IMG/VR virus record: IMGVR_UViG_3300042940_001591
Direction: 5' to 3' (one strand)
Length of the DNA stretch: 64,000 nucleotides
Source of the DNA: a virus
Lineage: Duplodnaviria; Caudoviricetes
The translations under genes were made by a program, and so were the position numbers. The notes beneath the pieces were generated by a model. It ran no database searches and was not told the DNA's origin. It saw only the letters and a program-made list of their open reading frames with translations. Position 1 is the stretch's first letter; each line of letters opens with the position of its first letter. Below are positions 59,142-64,000 of the stretch, one piece after another.

Positions 59142-60695
59142 TTAGGAACAACTTGACCATTCGCTTATTGTTCCTACCTCTGAAATAGTTGCTATATATG
59201 ATATTTTAGATTTTCCTGGTAATAAAATTGCATATAATTTACCATTTCCATTAAATGTTTGTCCTCCCGTATTTGAGTCCCATAGTGTATATGTTGTTGG
59301 TGGTGTAATAGATGTCTCATTAACATATAAAGGTCCATATTGTGTATAACCAGCGCCCTGTAAAACATGTGGATATTGATTACAATATTGTTGTAGTTGT
59401 GTTGAGGTTGGGTAACCGCTATTTAATGTATATGCAAATATTTTTTGTGTTCTAATAACTGGAGGTGCAACATAATCACAATTATAAAGTTGTATTTCTT
59501 CTCCGTTAATTATTGTTTTTGCCTTTGTTACCGTATATAACGTGTTACTAGGTTCACCTAAAGAGGCTGATTGTGATCCAACAATAACATAAAAATATCC
59601 TGATGACCCCTCAACTCTTTCTCCACTATTAAATGCAGTTGATAAAACGCTAATTGACCAAACATCGTAATTACCGTCCAAATATCCGGCACTGTTTTGG
59701 AATTCACATGGTCTAAGTTTAAAATAGGAATTAGTAGATTCGGTCCCACTCACTGGCGTTGCAGAAGGTGTTGGAGTTGGGGATGGAGATAATGCAATTC
59801 CTATCGTTGGTGTTGGTGTTGGGGTTAAAGTCATTGTTGGTGTTGGTGATGACGGTGGTGTAATCGTTCCTCCTCCACTTTCATAAAATTTAATAGGTGT
59901 TGCTGTTGTTCCTACTTGAGCACCTTTCGTTCCGTTAAATTTATATATCTTATATGAATAATCTCTTTTATCTATATCAACTTGAAAATACATATCCTCA
60001 TTCTCTTTAATTTCACGAGATGTTGCATATACGTCATTATAAAAATCCGTTATTAAACCATCTTTAGCATTAAAGAATTTAGCAGTCATAAAAAAAGTAT
60101 TACCTGTAGTGGTACCACTTAAATTAGTTTCATCTAAAACACTCTCATCTTGAAACCAAAAAAGATACATGTTTTCCTTGTTTGTATAATTTGAACCGTG
60201 GAAAACAGGTACGTGTATATTTTCTTGTAATGGTGTATAAAAATATTTTTCACCTAACGGTAATGTTAAATTTTTTGTGAATATTAATTTTCTATTTTGT
60301 CTTGTCGGTGCAGTATAACCTGTTACATTACCATTAACATCTAATAAATTTGGTGTTTTATAAAACTCTAATCTAAAGAAACTCTCTGTTGATTGTCTCA
60401 ACATTTTAGCATTTTCCTTGGGTTCTATACCAACTAAACTATAATCTAATCCCTTACTATAATTTCCATTATTAGAAAAATAAAAATAGAACCATATATC
60501 AGATTCACTAATACCATCTGGTTTATGAATATATCTAACAGTTTCATAATTGTCAATTGGGTTAATGATGTCATTCAACACTTCATCTTCAAATTGTTCC
60601 ATGTTTTCTTGCCATCCCAAATTCATTTGGAAGTCAAGTTCGTGGTTCAATACAAGATTTAAATCAGTGTTTTGTCTTAATATTTTCATTAACAA
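59142..60695 (-). CDS. structural protein with short TP stalk and two C-terminal accessory modules
   Basis: Conserved-looking N-terminal domain (IIN.IDNYE..RY; SFFRLEFY), then TP, then Cys-bounded modules. Confidence 0.75.
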   Translation of the reverse strand: MLMKILRQNTDLNLVLNHELDFQMNLGWQENMEQFEDEVLNDIINPIDNYETVRYIHKPDGISESDIWFYFYFSNNGNYSKGLDYSLVGIEPKENAKMLRQSTESFFRLEFYKTPNLLDVNGNVTGYTAPTRQNRKLIFTKNLTLPLGEKYFYTPLQENIHVPVFHGSNYTNKENMYLFWFQDESVLDETNLSGTTTGNTFFMTAKFFNAKDGLITDFYNDVYATSREIKENEDMYFQVDIDKRDYSYKIYKFNGTKGAQVGTTATPIKFYESGGGTITPPSSPTPTMTLTPTPTPTIGIALSPSPTPTPSATPVSGTESTNSYFKLRPCEFQNSAGYLDGNYDVWSISVLSTAFNSGERVEGSSGYFYVIVGSQSASLGEPSNTLYTVTKAKTIINGEEIQLYNCDYVAPPVIRTQKIFAYTLNSGYPTSTQLQQYCNQYPHVLQGAGYTQYGPLYVNETSITPPTTYTLWDSNTGGQTFNGNGKLYAILLPGKSKISYIATISEVGTISEWSSCS

Positions 60696-62473
60696 TCAGT
60701 TATTTTTTTATTTTTGAATTTTGAAATTCCGTCTTGTTTATTTGTGTGGAATCTCTCATTTCTTAAATAGAAGTTTATGTCATTTTTTACATAATGAATA
60801 CCGTTTGTAAATGGAAACTTTGTACCATATCCATCAATATCGACATATCCATGGTCATATAAATCTCTCCATCTCCATACACCTTCGGCAGAATCGTACT
60901 TGGCGTTTTCAGGTAAATTAAAAATGTCTTTAGTTTTAGCACTTTCAGTATATGGTGATAATTCTCTTAATTTAACTCTGTGATGTGGTTGGTAGTATAA
61001 TCCAAACATATTTGTTGCAGAAGAACCTGCAAAAATTGTACTTCCAGTTTGCCCATAATCAAAAATTGTTGTTGGGTTTGTTAATTTTTGAAAGGATTCA
61101 CAGATAATTCTTTCTTTTAATTCTTTTCTATTATATTCAACAAATGCACCATTTAATACTGTTCCTTTTGTTAATTCATTTCCACTTGTAAATGTTATAC
61201 CTTGTCTAATAAAAGGTGTTCCCGTACCCATTGAACTTTCGTTAGACGTTGTACCATTAAAATGGTCATCAATCCAAGTGTCGTGGAAATTAAACTTGTG
61301 TCCTACTTTTGGTGGATAACTAAAATATCCATTTCCATTTCTAAATAAAGTGGTTACATAAACTTCTGTTGGTGTATATCCTAAATTGTTTGTTAATCCA
61401 GTTAAAACAAAAGGTTCTTTGAAATCATATAGAACAGATTCCATTCTATTTCTTTCAACAATTGTGTCATTTGCACCAACCGCATTTTCAAATAATATTT
61501 TTTTCTCCTCTTCCCATATCGGTGATTCGAATCCAATATTATCCATTATGTAATCACCAGTTGTTGTAAGTAACTTATGTTTATGTACATAATATTGTGA
61601 TGTTGACCCCGTTGTATTATTTTTATCAATACATCTTTTACCGATAACTAATGTCGGTATTGTTGTGGCGGTCTTAAGTTCTTTTTTCAATATGTTAATT
61701 ACATATTTTTCAGAATTATATGTTTCATTACCAACACTGTCAATATAATATGTTCTTCCTGAAACTTCTCCTGTTATTGTTGTACCTGAAAATGTTACGA
61801 ATTCACCAGAAGCCATTCCGTGTTCTACAGGTGCGGTAAATTCATAATATGAATTAAAAGTATTTGATAATCTAAATGGTATTCCGTCACCACTTTTAAA
61901 TGATATTTTAGTTCCACCAGTTAAGGTGTATGTCATTTGATAATTTGTATCACCAGAATAAACATAACTCAAATAGAGATTCCAATTATGATATGGCGCT
62001 GTAATAGGTGTAATTGTTGTGTGATCGGTTGATCCTGTGAGTACTAACACCGAATCGAGATTTTCAGGGTAATATCCTAAAGTGTCTCCACTAATCGAAC
62101 TTGATGGCATTATTTTTCTTCTTAAATCTCGTCTTAAAAATGCAAATTCATCATATGGTAAAAAACCCCCTAATGTTGGGTTATCCAAACCATCTCCCCT
62201 TCCATTTAAATAAACTCTCTCTTGTAAATAATCATATGAAGTATCTCCACTATACATGTTACGAAAAACCATTTTAAGTTTTCCATAAATTTTATATTTG
62301 TTACTTTGATTTCTTTCTTTATCATATAGTTTATCAATATCTAAAATAATATCCTTATCCCCAATTCTTAATAAAGTTTGTGAGGTCTCTAAACCTATGT
62401 TTAAATTTAAATCTTGTTCTTCCGCCTTTTTGTACCTTTTACTAGGTAATAATATTTCTTTTTTATTTTCCAT
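60689..62473 (-). CDS. conserved virion structural protein
   Basis: 594 aa; ERNQSNKYKIYGK, YYVHKHK, WRWRDLY motifs; in the structural operon. Confidence 0.75.
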   Translation of the reverse strand: MENKKEILLPSKRYKKAEEQDLNLNIGLETSQTLLRIGDKDIILDIDKLYDKERNQSNKYKIYGKLKMVFRNMYSGDTSYDYLQERVYLNGRGDGLDNPTLGGFLPYDEFAFLRRDLRRKIMPSSSISGDTLGYYPENLDSVLVLTGSTDHTTITPITAPYHNWNLYLSYVYSGDTNYQMTYTLTGGTKISFKSGDGIPFRLSNTFNSYYEFTAPVEHGMASGEFVTFSGTTITGEVSGRTYYIDSVGNETYNSEKYVINILKKELKTATTIPTLVIGKRCIDKNNTTGSTSQYYVHKHKLLTTTGDYIMDNIGFESPIWEEEKKILFENAVGANDTIVERNRMESVLYDFKEPFVLTGLTNNLGYTPTEVYVTTLFRNGNGYFSYPPKVGHKFNFHDTWIDDHFNGTTSNESSMGTGTPFIRQGITFTSGNELTKGTVLNGAFVEYNRKELKERIICESFQKLTNPTTIFDYGQTGSTIFAGSSATNMFGLYYQPHHRVKLRELSPYTESAKTKDIFNLPENAKYDSAEGVWRWRDLYDHGYVDIDGYGTKFPFTNGIHYVKNDINFYLRNERFHTNKQDGISKFKNKKITDC

Positions 62474-63999
62474 TATTCAGCTGGTGGGAACACCCCTTTA
62501 GGTCCGTAATATTTTATTAGTCTATCAAATGCAGATTTACCCGGTCTTATACCAAAGTAAAATTGTAGTCCTGTAGACAATACTTGTTTATTACCGCTAT
62601 AATTTTTAGCAGTTCCGAAAATAAATAATTCCTTACTATTGTGTACATAACTTATTGGTGATGACCAAGTTTGTCCAGAAACAATATAAATGTTTCCCGT
62701 TGATGGTGATTTAACATCTCCTGTTAAAACTTCTAACCATATGTCACCTTCCGTATATCCTGAAGCAGGGTCTGTTGGTGCCGTTGTTTCTATTCTATCA
62801 AACCTATCCATCATATCCGTATAATTTCCATCATATGAGTATGTGGGATGTTGTTTAGTCATTGGTAATAATAAAAACTCTTCTTCTCCGTCAGGGAACA
62901 AATAGTTTGTGTTTGTTTCGGTTTCACCAGATATTGATATAATCCTTTGGATTCTTTGGGTTGCAATTTTAGTTCTATCCCATCTTTGTTTATCTGAATT
63001 CGCGGTATAAGGTCCAAAATCTTCACCCTTTTTATCCCACAAGAAGAACGGAACTTTTTGTGAGTAATCCCCCAATCTATTATTTAAACATAATCTAACA
63101 AATCTACCGTTATCATCTAATTTAAAATCAATAGGTGTTGGCCCATAATTTCCTGTTCCTCCCGTAAAATAAGTTATTGTTAAAGGGTCTTCAGGGTCTA
63201 AGAATTCACCATTGAACATGAAGTATTTTGATGAGTCTAAATCAAAAGCCTCAATACCCGCCTCATTATTAATAGACATTAATTGAGTTATATCACCATC
63301 CAATACTTGTCCAAAATTGTAACTTGAATCACTAAAAAAATCACCGACATCAAATTTTGCGTTTGAAACATCCATTCTATAGTTAATAACGTGTTCAATA
63401 ATATTAGCTGGGTCTTGGTATGTGGTTGGGGTTAAATCTCTAACAACAGAACAGGTTGGGTCAATCCTTGGGTCATAACAAATTTCATACATAAATTCAT
63501 CTCTAACACCTACATCATAAAATGTTGTTGGGTGTAACAATTCTAAGTAGTTACTATATTGTTGACCAATAAATCCACTTGTTGGATTATATGGTGTTGA
63601 CCTATAATAGAATTTTTTATGTAAAACATTATAAAAAACCAATTCTCTTGGGAATTTTGAACCTCTTTGATTTAAATCTAAAACTTGTTGATTATCCCAT
63701 TTAATCCTATATTCAAATTTAAAGAAATATAATAACCCATTTAACCAATTATCTATAAATGAAAAATTAGTTACTCCTCCACAGAAAAATAAACCAACTC
63801 TTTTTCTTTTATACCATTCTGTTAATAAATCAATATTTTTTGATGCTCCTTGAATAACGGGTATAATTGTAAAAACACCGTCTCTTATTTCTGAATAACC
63901 CGATTTAGTTTTTCTATCATAATATTTGTTACCAATTTTTGACCATATTTTAAAGTACGGCATTCTTTCTGAACCCCCACCTGCAATAATATCAGCCAT
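62473..63999 (-). CDS. structural protein (probably 5'-truncated by window end)
   Basis: Frame is open to the window edge; FIDNWLNGLLYFF, YYRSTPY, LQFYFGIRPGKSAFD. Confidence 0.7.
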   Translation of the reverse strand: MADIIAGGGSERMPYFKIWSKIGNKYYDRKTKSGYSEIRDGVFTIIPVIQGASKNIDLLTEWYKRKRVGLFFCGGVTNFSFIDNWLNGLLYFFKFEYRIKWDNQQVLDLNQRGSKFPRELVFYNVLHKKFYYRSTPYNPTSGFIGQQYSNYLELLHPTTFYDVGVRDEFMYEICYDPRIDPTCSVVRDLTPTTYQDPANIIEHVINYRMDVSNAKFDVGDFFSDSSYNFGQVLDGDITQLMSINNEAGIEAFDLDSSKYFMFNGEFLDPEDPLTITYFTGGTGNYGPTPIDFKLDDNGRFVRLCLNNRLGDYSQKVPFFLWDKKGEDFGPYTANSDKQRWDRTKIATQRIQRIISISGETETNTNYLFPDGEEEFLLLPMTKQHPTYSYDGNYTDMMDRFDRIETTAPTDPASGYTEGDIWLEVLTGDVKSPSTGNIYIVSGQTWSSPISYVHNSKELFIFGTAKNYSGNKQVLSTGLQFYFGIRPGKSAFDRLIKYYGPKGVFPPAE

Positions 64000-64000
64000 A

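Noticed and set aside
63997-63999. ATG at 63999 as the true start of the last gene
   Set aside because: It abuts the window edge with no visible upstream stop or promoter; likely an internal Met.
1-64000. Stop-codon reassignment as in some jumbo phages
   Set aside because: Long ORFs tile the window densely in code 11, and TAA, TAG and TGA all end genes.
1-64000. tRNA/rRNA genes, integrase, transposase, introns/inteins
   Set aside because: Intergenic gaps are too short or otherwise explained, and no such motifs were recognised; a tRNAscan/Infernal run was not possible.
1-64000. Eukaryotic giant virus or bacterial chromosome origin
   Set aside because: Sigma-70, NusG and ClpP are bacterial-type, while fibre and baseplate-like genes and the absence of housekeeping operons indicate a phage.

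Overview
AT-rich segment of a large (jumbo-type) tailed dsDNA phage genome. Nearly all genes are on the minus strand, in standard code 11. The host is probably Bacteroidota. Evidence: the ClpP and short sigma-70 look like Bacteroidota homologues, there is an Hc1 histone-like protein and SprB repeats, TAnnTTTG-like promoters occur, and one signal peptide ends SYS|Q. Layout: (1) 1-13.6 kb, tail-fibre/virion proteins (LamG-like, Mtd-N-type fibres, Ser-rich stalks); (2) 13.7-29 kb, host-like and accessory genes (glutaredoxin, thioredoxin, AAA ATPase, NusG, Dam-type methylase, Hc1, probable head-internal proteins, degenerate amidase, sigma factor, spanin-like trio, ClpP); (3) 29-37.2 kb, nuclease/recombination block (DEDDh exonuclease, SbcC, SbcD, PD-(D/E)XK nucleases, Toprim primase-like, RuvC-like); (4) 37.2-64 kb, large structural genes with Thr-Pro stalks and cadherin, SprB, PA14 and PKD-like modules. 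Most notable unexplained signals: T4-CTS-like N-terminal leaders on two stand-alone enzymes that each carry their own late-type promoter (possible injected effectors); a two-class promoter code (TAWTTATA vs TATATTTG); an A11 slippery site joining two ORFs; a promoter-plus-terminator small RNA/attenuator before the primase-like gene; twin 14-bp palindromes in the main fibre 5' UTR; and cassette shuffling among virion proteins. No tRNA, rRNA, CRISPR array or integrase was seen. All family calls come from motif recognition by eye and need HMM confirmation.
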